Shown here piece by piece: positions 9,001 to 17,700 of a stretch of 64,000 bases of DNA; position 1 is the first letter of the stretch; every line of letters begins with the position of its first letter. Origin of the DNA: Candidatus Adlerbacteria bacterium GW2011_GWA1_54_10 (GTDB lineage Bacteria > Patescibacteriota > Minisyncoccia > Phycocordibacterales > SBAW01). The notes under the pieces are model-generated. The model did no database searches. It worked only from the letters and a program-made list of their open reading frames with translations, and was not told the origin of the DNA. The stretch lies in contig LCRO01000001.1 in NCBI GenBank assembly GCA_001004665.1, forward strand, positions 483 to 64,482. The letters run 5' to 3'. Made by a program: the position numbers and the translations under genes.

Positions 9001-10617
9001 CTAGCTTTTCTTCTCGCGGTACTGGAGCGCTTCCAATATGTGCGAATCGTTGACGTCCGGCGATCCGTCGAGGTCCGCGATGGTGCGCGCCACTTTTATT
9101 ACGCGATGGTAGGCGCGCGGCGATAGGGAAAAGCGTGCGCCCGCTTTCTCCAGCGTGGCGCGCACCGAGCCCGTGAGCGGCACCAAATCATCGAGCTCGC
9201 GCGGCGAGAGATCACTATTTAGCTTGAGCGAAGTCGAAGCCTTGGTTTTATCCGTCGCTTTGCTCTTTTTAAATCTTTCCTTCTGTGCTGCGCGTGCGTT
9301 TAGAACGCGTTCGCGCGCGTCGCGCGTCTCGCTCCCCTGCACCGCGCGTCTTCCGAGCTCCTGAAGCTCGACCGGTCCCATCACGCTCCAAAGATCTATG
9401 CGATCGGCTATCGGTCCCGAAAGCTTGCGGCGGTACTTCTCGAGCGCGAACGGGCTACATGTGCATTCGATCTCCGGATGACCATAGTTGCCGCACGGGC
9501 ACGGATTCATCGCCGCGACAAGCGTAAAGCGCGCGGGGAAAAGAGCGGTGCCTTTGGCCCGCGCGATCGCTATAACGCGGTCCTCAAGAGGCTGGCGCAG
9601 AGCCTCGATGACGCGCCGCTCGAATTCCGGGAACTCGTCGAGGAAAAGTACTCCCCTGTGCGCTAGCGTCGCCTCGCCGGGACGCGGATTTGCGCCGCCG
9701 CCTACAATGGAAACATATGAGGAAGTGTGATGCGGCGCGCGAAACGGCGGCATCGTCATAAGCTCGTCCATGAGTGCGCCGGCTACCGAGTGTATGCCGT
9801 TTACTTCGAGTGCCTCGTCAAAGGTAAGCGGCGGCAAAATCGAGGCAAGCGCCCGCGCGAGCATGGTCTTGCCCGTCCCCGGTGGACCCGAGAGCCCCAT
9901 GTTGTGGCCTCCTGCCGCGGCGATAACAGCCGCGCGCTTTGCCGAAGCTTGTCCGCGTATGTCCTCGAATGCGAATTGCGATTCGCCGAAATCCGCTTCC
10001 AGTTTGGTTTGCGGCATGGGCTGGATTTTAAGGTTCGACCTTGAGGAGCCTTTTTTTAAGGTCAAACCTTGCGGGGTTTGGGTCAGGCGCCTCTGTTTCG
10101 TATTTACGTGCCCGACGACATCGAGGAGCGACCCCGCCCCGTAAATGTCTATGCCGTGGATGAGCGCCGCCTCGCGCGCATTCTCCAGCGGGACAAAAAT
10201 TCCGCGCTTACCCCTTTTCTTCGCTTCGGCGACGAGCTGGAGTATCCCGCGCACGCCGCACAGCCGCCCGTCAAGGGACAGTTCGCCTATGAAAAGATAC
10301 GGCTCCGGGTCGAAGCGTATGTCGCCTGCCGCCAGCAGATATGAGAGCGCAATGGGCAGGTCGAACATCGGCCCCTCCTTTTTTAAGTCCGCAGGCGCGA
10401 GTGATATGACAGTTTTTTCGTTTTTTACTTTCGGGGACTTAAAACCGCTGTGCTTTATAGCCGATGCGACCCTGTCCCGCGCCTCTTCCACAGCCTTATC
10501 CGGCAGGCCGACAATATCGAATTTGTGCAGTTGGCCCCCGGATATATCCGTCTCGACCGTTACTATATGCGGCGATAAAAGCGAAGTCTGCGCCCCGTAC
10601 ACTCTCGCGTACTGCAT
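9001..10617 (-). CDS. comM: Mg-chelatase-like AAA+ ATPase ComM/YifB. Carries an in-frame palindromic insertion encoding ...LTLKKGSSRSNLKIQP... in the linker.
   Basis: N-terminal Lon-like domain (DIVGLPDKAVEEARDRV), Walker A GPPGTGKTM, sensor and C-terminal ChlI-like region. 538 aa. Confidence 0.85.
   Translation of the reverse strand: MQYARVYGAQTSLLSPHIVTVETDISGGQLHKFDIVGLPDKAVEEARDRVASAIKHSGFKSPKVKNEKTVISLAPADLKKEGPMFDLPIALSYLLAAGDIRFDPEPYLFIGELSLDGRLCGVRGILQLVAEAKKRGKRGIFVPLENAREAALIHGIDIYGAGSLLDVVGHVNTKQRRLTQTPQGLTLKKGSSRSNLKIQPMPQTKLEADFGESQFAFEDIRGQASAKRAAVIAAAGGHNMGLSGPPGTGKTMLARALASILPPLTFDEALEVNGIHSVAGALMDELMTMPPFRAPHHTSSYVSIVGGGANPRPGEATLAHRGVLFLDEFPEFERRVIEALRQPLEDRVIAIARAKGTALFPARFTLVAAMNPCPCGNYGHPEIECTCSPFALEKYRRKLSGPIADRIDLWSVMGPVELQELGRRAVQGSETRDARERVLNARAAQKERFKKSKATDKTKASTSLKLNSDLSPRELDDLVPLTGSVRATLEKAGARFSLSPRAYHRVIKVARTIADLDGSPDVNDSHILEALQYREKKS
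10027..10072. repeat. Palindromic mini-element copy 1 (tttaaggttcgaccttgaggagcc-ttttttt-aaggtcaaaccttg), in-frame inside comM.
   Basis: Inverted repeat aaggttcgacctt / aaggtcaaacctt. 22/23 nt identical to the copy in pnp. Encodes GSSRSNLK on the coding strand. Confidence 0.7.
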
Positions 10618-10725
10618 TAAACAACTCTAGCATGAGTTCTTCACAGCGAGCGAAGCAAAAGTTCCTTGCGGAGGAGTAGGGGTCGTGTTCATCTCTCCGG
10701 AGCGAGGAATCTTTTGCAAAGCGAG

Positions 10726-11082
10726 CTACATATGCTCTTTGCAGGTGCGTGCGGCGGGGTTTGCCTCGAGACGATCCTCTCCTATCGGCTCGCCGCAGAC
10801 CTCGCACACGCCGTACGTTCCTTTTTCTATTTTCCCCAACGCCTCGTTTATCTCGCGCAGGCGAATTTCCAGCTGGTTTGTCTCCTCGCGCCTCTCCCCG
10901 TATTCTTCCAGCTTGTCGGCCGCCTCATTGCTGTCCTGGATGGGGCTCATGGTCTCAAGACTGCCTCCGGTCGCATCCCAGTCGCCAGGTACGCTCGGAT
11001 TCTCGCGTCCCAATTCTTTAAGCTGGCCCTCGACCACGCCCCTCTCCTCCTCGAGCTTTTGCTTAAAGTATTCAGTATTCAT
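10726..11082 (-). CDS. dksA: DksA/TraR-family C4 zinc-finger transcription factor.
   Basis: Coiled-coil N-terminus and a C-terminal CEVCGEPIGEDRLEANPAARTC four-Cys finger. 118 aa. Confidence 0.75.
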   Translation of the reverse strand: MNTEYFKQKLEEERGVVEGQLKELGRENPSVPGDWDATGGSLETMSPIQDSNEAADKLEEYGERREETNQLEIRLREINEALGKIEKGTYGVCEVCGEPIGEDRLEANPAARTCKEHM

Positions 11083-11106
11083 GCAAAAGAGTATATCAAA
11101 TCCGCG

Positions 11107-12267
11107 TTACTGCGCGAGCGGGACTATGGGGGAGCTCGAGAGGCGGGATATTACTTCGCGCAGGGTGTATTCGTTGGTCGTTATCAGTATCGTATTGCGG
11201 GACAGGAAGGTCCATAGCAACAATATATCGCCGCCCTCGTTCTGAATGACGCGCGCATCGCGGTTCTCTACGATTTTGTCGGTAAAACCGGACGACAGGA
11301 CCGCACTCGGAGACGTTGAAGAATTGGTTAAAGTCTTCTGTTCCGCCGAAGGAGTTGCCGCACGCAGAGGAGCCTTGCGATCGAAAAGCGGCGAAAGGTC
11401 GCCCTGCATCGTGCGTTCCCACGCGAGCATGCCCGAGAACCCTTGCTCGTATGAGTCGACGCGCAAAATGAGAAGCGGCTGATTCTCGTCAAAAATATGT
11501 ATGCCAAGCAGATATGCCGGCTCCAGAGTCCGCACTAATTCCCCAGGCAGATAGGGTGCGAGAATATCAAGAAGCCGCGGCGCGGTAAGAAGCTCGGGCA
11601 CGCCGTCCTCCTGCTCCGCGGGAGTGGCGGGATACAGCCGCGCCACAGATCCAAGGGAAAGTGACTCGCCCTTGCGCGCCGCGTCGAGTTTTTGAATCAA
11701 AGCCGCGCGCGTATCCTCTCGCGCTACCTCGATAATGGTCGTATCGTCCACAAAGATAAACGGTGCCTGCAGTTGCCCTGCTATGGGTACAGAAGTATCG
11801 CGCGTCAGAACGAGATACAGCGCCCCCGCCGCCGCGGCTAGCAACAGAATCCCGCCAATAGTGAGAGCGGTCCTTTTGAGAAGCGTGTTTTGTTCCGGAT
11901 GGGGTGCCGCTTCTTTTTGCGAAGTTCCGCCTTGCGCCCTCCTTTCGGCCTCCGCGGCCGCGACGGAAACTACCGATACGTTTTTCTGCTCGATGACCCT
12001 CTCGATGTCTCTTTGATAGGTTTGTATCGGCTTTACGCCGTCCTCCCGCGCGGGCGAAGCGGCAGAGCCCAAGGGCGACGCCTTGGGGAGCCCCGGTGTT
12101 AAGGCGTCGCCTTGAATGCCGTCCGCTGGCTTCAGCGTAGCTTTTTGCTCTTGTTCCAAAAGAGCCCCGGCATTTACCCGCTGGGCGCTATCGGGTGAAA
12201 CCGATTCCTTTTTTGGAAGCAGGATTTTATCAAGATCTATCTTGTCTCCGCCCGTTTGGTCCGCCAT
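11107..12267 (-). CDS. Hypothetical membrane-anchored protein.
   Basis: 386-aa ORF with a central TM segment LTIGGILLLAAAAGALYLVL and no recognisable domain. The 5' end overlaps the pnp 3' end, so the true start may be an internal Met. Confidence 0.45.
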   Translation of the reverse strand: MADQTGGDKIDLDKILLPKKESVSPDSAQRVNAGALLEQEQKATLKPADGIQGDALTPGLPKASPLGSAASPAREDGVKPIQTYQRDIERVIEQKNVSVVSVAAAEAERRAQGGTSQKEAAPHPEQNTLLKRTALTIGGILLLAAAAGALYLVLTRDTSVPIAGQLQAPFIFVDDTTIIEVAREDTRAALIQKLDAARKGESLSLGSVARLYPATPAEQEDGVPELLTAPRLLDILAPYLPGELVRTLEPAYLLGIHIFDENQPLLILRVDSYEQGFSGMLAWERTMQGDLSPLFDRKAPLRAATPSAEQKTLTNSSTSPSAVLSSGFTDKIVENRDARVIQNEGGDILLLWTFLSRNTILITTNEYTLREVISRLSSSPIVPLAQ

Positions 12268-14431
12268 TGTTTTCTGATGTCTTAAGCCCCTTGCGAAACG
12301 CGAATTCCGGATCCGCGGCTTTTATGGAGAAATTGATCCGGCCCTTCTCGTCTATCTCTTTTATCATAACCCGCACTTTGTCCCCAACAGAGACCGCTTC
12401 AGAGATCTTTCCGATGCGGAACGGCGCGACTTCGGAAACATGAACAAGCCCCTCGGCATCCTTTGACGGCCCTATCTTGACGAATGCGCCGAAATCCATA
12501 AGCCGGGTCACTTCGCCCTCGTAAACTTCGCCGGGCATATACTCCTTTACTATCTGTTCTATCATCTCGCGTGCTTTTTGCGCCGTGCCGCTTTTGCCCG
12601 TGATATAGACCGAGCCGTCATCCTCTATAGTGATGTCATCCACGCCTGCGGAGTCCCTTATTCCGTTTATAGTTTTGCCTCCGCCGCCGATGACAAGCCC
12701 GATCTGGTCGGGGCGCACGCGCATTGAGATTATCTCCGGAGCGCGCGGGCTTAACTTGGCGCGCGGGGCGGGTATCTCCTTTTCCATAAGGTCCAAAATC
12801 TGCATGCGCGCGGCGCGCGCGCCTTCAAGCGCTTCCGTCAATATCGGCACCGGCACGCCGCCGAGCTTGATGTCCATTTGAATGGCCGTTACCCCGCCGC
12901 GCGTGCCGGCGACCTTAAAGTCCATGTCGCCATGGCTGTCTTCCGGACCCTGAATGTCGGTAAGAATTTTATAAACATTCGCGCCTCTCATCATTAAACC
13001 CATCGCTATTCCCGCGACCGGCGCTTTTATGGGGACGCCGCCGTCCATAAGCGCGAGAGTCGAAGCGCAGGCCGAACCCATCGAGGTACTGCCGTTGCTG
13101 GCAAAGCATTCCGAAACGAGGCGGATTGTGTACGGGAACTGCTCCTGGCTCGGCAGGACAGGCTCAAGCGCCTTTTGTGCGAGCGCGCCGTGTCCTATGG
13201 CGCGGCGATTGATGCCGCCCATCCTCCCAGTCTCTCCACCCGAGTACGGAGGAAAGTTGTAATGATGCATAAAGCGCCGCTTCTCCTCCTGCGATTCCAT
13301 GGTATCGACGAGCAGGGAGTCGCCGGGTCCGCCCAAAGTAAGCGCGGTGAACACATGCGTGCCTCCGCGGTAGAAGATACCCGAGCCGTGGAGAACGGGA
13401 GAGATGCCGCCGGCTTTTGCAAAAAGCCGGCGTATCTCGCCCATGCCGCGCCCGTCGGCGCGCTTGCCCTCCTCTATCGCCCCGCGATGTATTTCTTCGT
13501 CTATTTTGTCCTCGAAGTATCTGTCCGCGATCTTAAGGTTCGACCTTGAAGAGCCCTGGTCTGAGGTCGAACCTTGGGTTTCAAGCGCCCCGGCCTTCTC
13601 CAGCCACTCCTTTTTAAGCGCGTAAATATTTTTCTTTCCCGCCTCGCCGCAGAAGACCGTCTCTCCAAGGCGAGGGGCGAACTCCGCCTTGAACAATTCG
13701 GTAAGTGCGGTGGACAATTCGGGCTCCGGCGCGGGGCGCTTTTGCTTCCCGACCTCTGCGATTATGTCCTCTTGCCATGCGAGCAACTTGGAGTGCTCGG
13801 CGACCGCGCTCTCGAACGCCGCCGCTATCGTTTTTTCGTCCGCCTCCTTCGCCGCGACCTCTACCATGTTTATTGTCGTGTCTTTTCCGCAGGCAAGTGT
13901 ATCGAGCGAGGCTCTGTCGCGCTGTTCGTAAGTCGGATTAATCACAAAGGCGTCGCCTTGAGAAATCAGTCCGATACGCACGGCCGCGACGGGCCCGTTC
14001 CACGGGATATCGGAGGTCGCAAGAGCAAGAGATGCCGCGTTTACCGCCACCTGCGCCGGGTCGTCCTCATCAAGCGAGAGCACGGTGATTATGACCTGTA
14101 CCTCGTTGCGGATGTGGCCTGGGAAAAGCGGGCGGATGGTGCGGTCGACGATGCGTCCGGAGAGTATGGCCTCTTCGCTGGGCCTCCCTTCGCGGCGCAT
14201 AAAGCGCGAACCGAGTATGGCGCCAGCCGCATAGAAGCGCTCCTCATAGTCTACGGTGAGCGGAAAGTAGTCGATGTCGTCGCGCGTCTTTTCGGACATG
14301 ACCGCGGTTGCGAGGACCGTGGTGTTTCCGTAGCGCAGTAGGCACGAGCCGCTTGCGTTCTCCGCCAGATCGGTAAACTCGGCGGTCATGGTTTTGCCGC
14401 CGATGTCTATGGAATAACTTTTGCTTTGCAT
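12230..14431 (-). CDS. pnp: Polyribonucleotide nucleotidyltransferase (PNPase). Carries an in-frame palindromic insertion encoding ...ETQGSTSDQGSSRSNLKIADRY...
   Basis: Two RNase PH domains, a KH domain and an S1 domain. N-terminus MQSKSYSIDIGGKTMTAEFTDLAENASGSCLLRYGNTTVLATAV. 733 aa. Classic rpsO-pnp neighbourhood. Confidence 0.92.
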   Translation of the reverse strand: MQSKSYSIDIGGKTMTAEFTDLAENASGSCLLRYGNTTVLATAVMSEKTRDDIDYFPLTVDYEERFYAAGAILGSRFMRREGRPSEEAILSGRIVDRTIRPLFPGHIRNEVQVIITVLSLDEDDPAQVAVNAASLALATSDIPWNGPVAAVRIGLISQGDAFVINPTYEQRDRASLDTLACGKDTTINMVEVAAKEADEKTIAAAFESAVAEHSKLLAWQEDIIAEVGKQKRPAPEPELSTALTELFKAEFAPRLGETVFCGEAGKKNIYALKKEWLEKAGALETQGSTSDQGSSRSNLKIADRYFEDKIDEEIHRGAIEEGKRADGRGMGEIRRLFAKAGGISPVLHGSGIFYRGGTHVFTALTLGGPGDSLLVDTMESQEEKRRFMHHYNFPPYSGGETGRMGGINRRAIGHGALAQKALEPVLPSQEQFPYTIRLVSECFASNGSTSMGSACASTLALMDGGVPIKAPVAGIAMGLMMRGANVYKILTDIQGPEDSHGDMDFKVAGTRGGVTAIQMDIKLGGVPVPILTEALEGARAARMQILDLMEKEIPAPRAKLSPRAPEIISMRVRPDQIGLVIGGGGKTINGIRDSAGVDDITIEDDGSVYITGKSGTAQKAREMIEQIVKEYMPGEVYEGEVTRLMDFGAFVKIGPSKDAEGLVHVSEVAPFRIGKISEAVSVGDKVRVMIKEIDEKGRINFSIKAADPEFAFRKGLKTSENNGGPNGRRQDRS
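13533..13577. repeat. Palindromic mini-element copy 2 (ttaaggttcgaccttgaagagccctggtctgaggtcgaaccttgg), in-frame inside pnp.
   Basis: Inverted repeat aaggttcgacctt / aggtcgaacctt. Encodes GSSRSNLK, identical to the comM peptide. Confidence 0.7.
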
Positions 14432-14583
14432 CTTCGCGTTGGCGAAGCCCGCGGATTTCAGATTTCAAACTTTCGCTTGAAACCTACCTATCCGCGCGCT
14501 TCGCGATTATCTTTTAATCCGGTCCAAACCGATAAAACTGTAGCAAAAAAATAGGCCCGGCGCCATAAAAAACGCAAGTGATG

Positions 14584-15213
14584 TTATTCTTCCTCGCCCG
14601 ACATTCTTATCGCCGGATCGTCGTCCTCGCGCGGCTCGTTATTGCTTTCCGCTCCGTTACCGTTTGGCTTGCCTCCGAATCCGGGTATCCATCCGCGGCC
14701 GCCGCGGTATCCTATGAGATAGTTTTTCGGGTCCTCGCACATGTCTATAAAGTCGTCCGCCGCCTCGCGCAACTGACCCGACGCCGATTTGCTGAAGGCG
14801 ATGACCTCCACCTGTATTCCGTACGTATATTTAAGGTACTCGACCAGCGGAACGAAATCTCCGTCGCCGGTCGCCAGAATAACGGTGTCCAGCTTCTGCG
14901 CCATCGCTATTGCGTCTATCGCCATGCCGATGTCCCAGTCGGCCTTTTTTGCGCCGCCGGCAAAGACGCGGATGTCCTTGACCCGTGTCTCAATACCGAG
15001 TTTGTTGAGCGCCTCGAAAAATCCCTTCTCGTCCTCGCTCTCCGTCCTTATAACGTAAGCCATGGCGCGTATCAAGGTGCGGCCTGCAAGCGCCTCCTTT
15101 ACCACCTGTCCGAAGTTCACCTTCGCTTTGTAAAGATTTTTTGCGCTGTGATAAAGGTTCTGCGTGTCTATAAAAATGCCGACGCGCTGGCTTTTGTGCT
15201 TGATTATAGCCAT
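14584..15213 (-). CDS. NYN-domain (LabA/PIN-like) protein; putative RNase.
   Basis: RVGIFIDTQNLYHSA ... ILATGDGDFVPLVEYL motifs typical of the NYN/LabA family. Gly-rich acidic C-terminal tail. Located between rpsO and pnp. Confidence 0.7.
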   Translation of the reverse strand: MAIIKHKSQRVGIFIDTQNLYHSAKNLYKAKVNFGQVVKEALAGRTLIRAMAYVIRTESEDEKGFFEALNKLGIETRVKDIRVFAGGAKKADWDIGMAIDAIAMAQKLDTVILATGDGDFVPLVEYLKYTYGIQVEVIAFSKSASGQLREAADDFIDMCEDPKNYLIGYRGGRGWIPGFGGKPNGNGAESNNEPREDDDPAIRMSGEEE

Positions 15214-15265
15214 ACGAAAAACAATCTAGTTTTTAAAAAATAGAACCAGGCTTCAGTATACCAAA

Positions 15266-15532
15266 TTATTTCTTCAGCCCCAGTTTTTTGACTATTGCGC
15301 CATAGCGCCTTTTGTCCTTGGTCTCCAAATATTTAAGATGCGAGCGGCGGTCTGCCACAATTTGCAAGAGGCCGCGCCTCGAATGCTTGTCTTTGGCGTG
15401 CTTTTTAAGATGGCTCGCAAGCTCGTCTATGCGGCGCGTAAGTAGCGCGATCTGTACCTCGGAAGATCCGGAATCCTTATCGTGAACCGCGGATTCCTTG
15501 ATTATTTTGGTCTTTTTCTGCTTGGTAAGCAT
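15266..15532 (-). CDS. rpsO: 30S ribosomal protein S15.
   Basis: 88 aa with GSSEVQIALLTRRI...LSHLKKH...KDKHSRRGLL S15 signature. Confidence 0.9.
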   Translation of the reverse strand: MLTKQKKTKIIKESAVHDKDSGSSEVQIALLTRRIDELASHLKKHAKDKHSRRGLLQIVADRRSHLKYLETKDKRRYGAIVKKLGLKK

Positions 15533-15599
15533 GAAGGAATAGTATCACGGCTATCTTAAAAACGCAAGAGCCGGCGACCGACTTCATTAAAACAAAGTA

Positions 15600-16505
15600 T
15601 TGTGCGACACTAAACAAATGAAAGATCTGAAGTTCTTCAAAAACGAATTTCTTGAATATTTGGAGATCGAAAAAGGCCGGTCGGTAAAAACGGTAGAGAA
15701 TTACGATAGGTATCTTGTCCGCTTCCTGTCGCATGCCAATGTCGGCAAGCCGGATGAGATAAGCGAAAAAGTTATCCGCGAGTTCCGCCTGCATTTGAAC
15801 AGACAAAATCTAAAACTAAAAACTCAAAACTTCTACCTGATCGCCTTGCGCGCCTTTCTCAAATTTTTACGCAGGCGCGAGATCGGAAGTTTGAATCCGG
15901 AGCGGATAGAACTTGCAAGGATAGGAGCACGCGACCTCGATTTGATATCCTCCGACGAACTCGATCGCCTGATGCGGGCCCCAACGGGCGGTACTCTGGT
16001 TTCTTTCCGAGGCCGGGCCATATTGGAGCTCTTATTTTCTACCGGTTTGCGCGTCTCGGAACTTTGCCGGCTCAATCGAGACTTGGATCTGTCTCGCGAC
16101 GAGTTCTCTGTCCGCGGCAAGGGCGAGAAGGTACGCGTCGTTTTTCTCTCCTCCGCCGCCAAGAAGGCCGTCAGGGATTACCTAGACAGGCGCGGCGACA
16201 TTGACGAGGCGATGTTCGTCCAAATGGCCAGAAATGCCGGCGATGGCGATTTGCGGATAACACCGCGCAGCGTGGAGCGCCTTGTCAAACACTACGCCGT
16301 CAGGGCGGGCATCACGCGCAAGGTCACTCCGCACGTAATAAGGCATTCTTTCGCGACCGACCTGCTTGAGAACGGCGCCGATCTCCGCTCGGTGCAGGCA
16401 CTGCTCGGCCACGCCAACATAGCGACGACGCAGGTTTACACGCATGTCACTGACAGACACCTGCGCGAGGTTCATAAAGCCTTCCACGGCAAAAGAAGAA
16501 AATGA
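15600..16505 (+). CDS. xerD: Tyrosine site-specific recombinase XerC/XerD family.
   Basis: N-terminal SAM-like domain (FLEYLEIEKGRSVKTVENYDRYL). Catalytic motifs RHSFATDLLENGADLRSVQALLGHANIATTQVYTHV. An alternative start at 15618 is possible. Confidence 0.85.
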   Translation: MCDTKQMKDLKFFKNEFLEYLEIEKGRSVKTVENYDRYLVRFLSHANVGKPDEISEKVIREFRLHLNRQNLKLKTQNFYLIALRAFLKFLRRREIGSLNPERIELARIGARDLDLISSDELDRLMRAPTGGTLVSFRGRAILELLFSTGLRVSELCRLNRDLDLSRDEFSVRGKGEKVRVVFLSSAAKKAVRDYLDRRGDIDEAMFVQMARNAGDGDLRITPRSVERLVKHYAVRAGITRKVTPHVIRHSFATDLLENGADLRSVQALLGHANIATTQVYTHVTDRHLREVHKAFHGKRRK

Positions 16506-17308
16506 AACTTGTATCTTGGAACGTCAACGGACTGCGGAGCGTGCATAAGTGCGGACTGTTTGTGCCGTTCGTGCGGGAAATCCGTCCCGACATTTTATGC
16601 TTGCAGGAGACAAAAGCCGAAAAGGGCCAGGCGGAGATCGACTTGCCGGAGTTTGAGGAATATTGGAACTCCTCGACGCGCAAGAAGGGCTACTCCGGCA
16701 CCGCGATTTTTGTAAAAAAAGAGTTAAATCCGAAAGCGGTCGTACTAGGCCTTCCGGAAGATATCTGCAAAAAATATAAATTGCATGATGACGGTTACGG
16801 CGACCCGAACACCGAGGGGCGCGTTATGGCGGCAAAGTTTAATGACTTCTGGCTCGTCAACTCTTATACGCCCAACTCGAAGCCCGACCTTTCGCGCCTG
16901 AAGCTCCGGCACGAGCGGTGGGACCCCGCATTTCTGGAATATCTGCGGAGGCTCAATAAAGAAAAGCCAGTGATTTTCTGCGGCGACCTCAATGTTGCAC
17001 ACACGCGGAACGACTTGGCGAATCCAAAAGAGAACGAGGGCGAGCACGGATTTACCAAAGAGGAGCGGGAGGGCATTGATAAAATAGTAGAGGCTGGCTT
17101 TATAGACTCGTTTCGGCATTTTGTCCCCTCCGGCAACGGGCACTATACGTACTGGGCACCGTGGCGGATGTTGCGCGAACGCAACATCGGTTGGCGCATC
17201 GACTACTTTTTTGTATCAAAGCGTTTGTTGCCCAAAGTTGCAAAAGCGGAAATACTTCCCCATATCTTGGGTTCCGACCACTGCCCTATTGTGTTGGAAT
17301 TACGCTAG
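16502..17308 (+). CDS. xth: Exodeoxyribonuclease III (AP endonuclease, Xth family).
   Basis: MKLVSWNVNGLRS ... LCLQETK ... GDLNVAH ... SDHCPI motifs. 268 aa. Confidence 0.9.
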   Translation: MKLVSWNVNGLRSVHKCGLFVPFVREIRPDILCLQETKAEKGQAEIDLPEFEEYWNSSTRKKGYSGTAIFVKKELNPKAVVLGLPEDICKKYKLHDDGYGDPNTEGRVMAAKFNDFWLVNSYTPNSKPDLSRLKLRHERWDPAFLEYLRRLNKEKPVIFCGDLNVAHTRNDLANPKENEGEHGFTKEEREGIDKIVEAGFIDSFRHFVPSGNGHYTYWAPWRMLRERNIGWRIDYFFVSKRLLPKVAKAEILPHILGSDHCPIVLELR

Positions 17309-17330
17309 TGAAGTAATATGAAAATTGAAA

Positions 17331-17356
17331 ACCGCCCTTCCGAGCGGAAGAGCGGT
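17331..17356. terminator. GC-rich hairpin (accgcccttccg/cggaagagcggt) between convergent xth and cca. T-rich run on the minus strand; likely bidirectional terminator.
   Basis: Stem of about 10 bp with one mismatch. The minus-strand reading is followed by ttttcaatttt. Confidence 0.4.
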
Positions 17357-17611
17357 TGTGCGCTGGTATTTCCTAAACTGGGAGAGAAGCTCCTACCTAG
17401 CTAGCGTGTCCGCGAACCACATTTTTGAACTAAAAGCGGGGGTTCGCACAGTAGCATCGGGGTGACAATGAATTTGGGAAATAGCGCACTATGCGCGCAT
17501 TGGGCAGCTACCCTACTGGCAAAGTGGATAGTTACACCTAATGAATGAAAGAACTAATGTTCCGAGTTTTCGCTCATGACGAGCTTTGACCAGGAAATCC
17601 GTCTGGAATGA

Positions 17612-17700
17612 TTGTAAAGGACATAAAGGACATTGTAAAGGACATTATCCACACAATGTCCTTTATACGAAATATTTCTTCTGGATGTCCTTTATCTCCT
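17612..17700. repeat. Cluster of AAAGGACAT direct and inverted repeats (three direct taaaggacat, two inverted atgtccttta) at the 3' end of cca.
   Basis: Read directly: gtaaaggacataaaggacattgtaaaggacattatccacacaatgtcctttatacgaaatatttcttctggatgtccttta. Further copies at 19446-19470 (perfect palindrome ataaaggacat-tttt-atgtcctttat) and 19911-19933 (two direct copies). Confidence 0.6.

Noticed and set aside
17340-17600. tmRNA, RNase P RNA or SRP RNA in the xth-cca spacer.
   Set aside because: I could not find the conserved cores by eye: no tRNA-like 3' end with a GGTTCGANTCC T-arm plus CCA, no GGAAAGTCC P4 element, and no SRP domain IV GGAA/AGCAG motif. It is left as an unexplained region rather than an annotated RNA.
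17612-17700. Possible CRISPR array, suggested by the repeated taaaggacat units.
   Set aside because: The units are only 9-10 nt with irregular spacers of 0-4 nt. The cluster mixes direct and inverted copies. There are no cas genes nearby. One copy lies inside the cca coding sequence.
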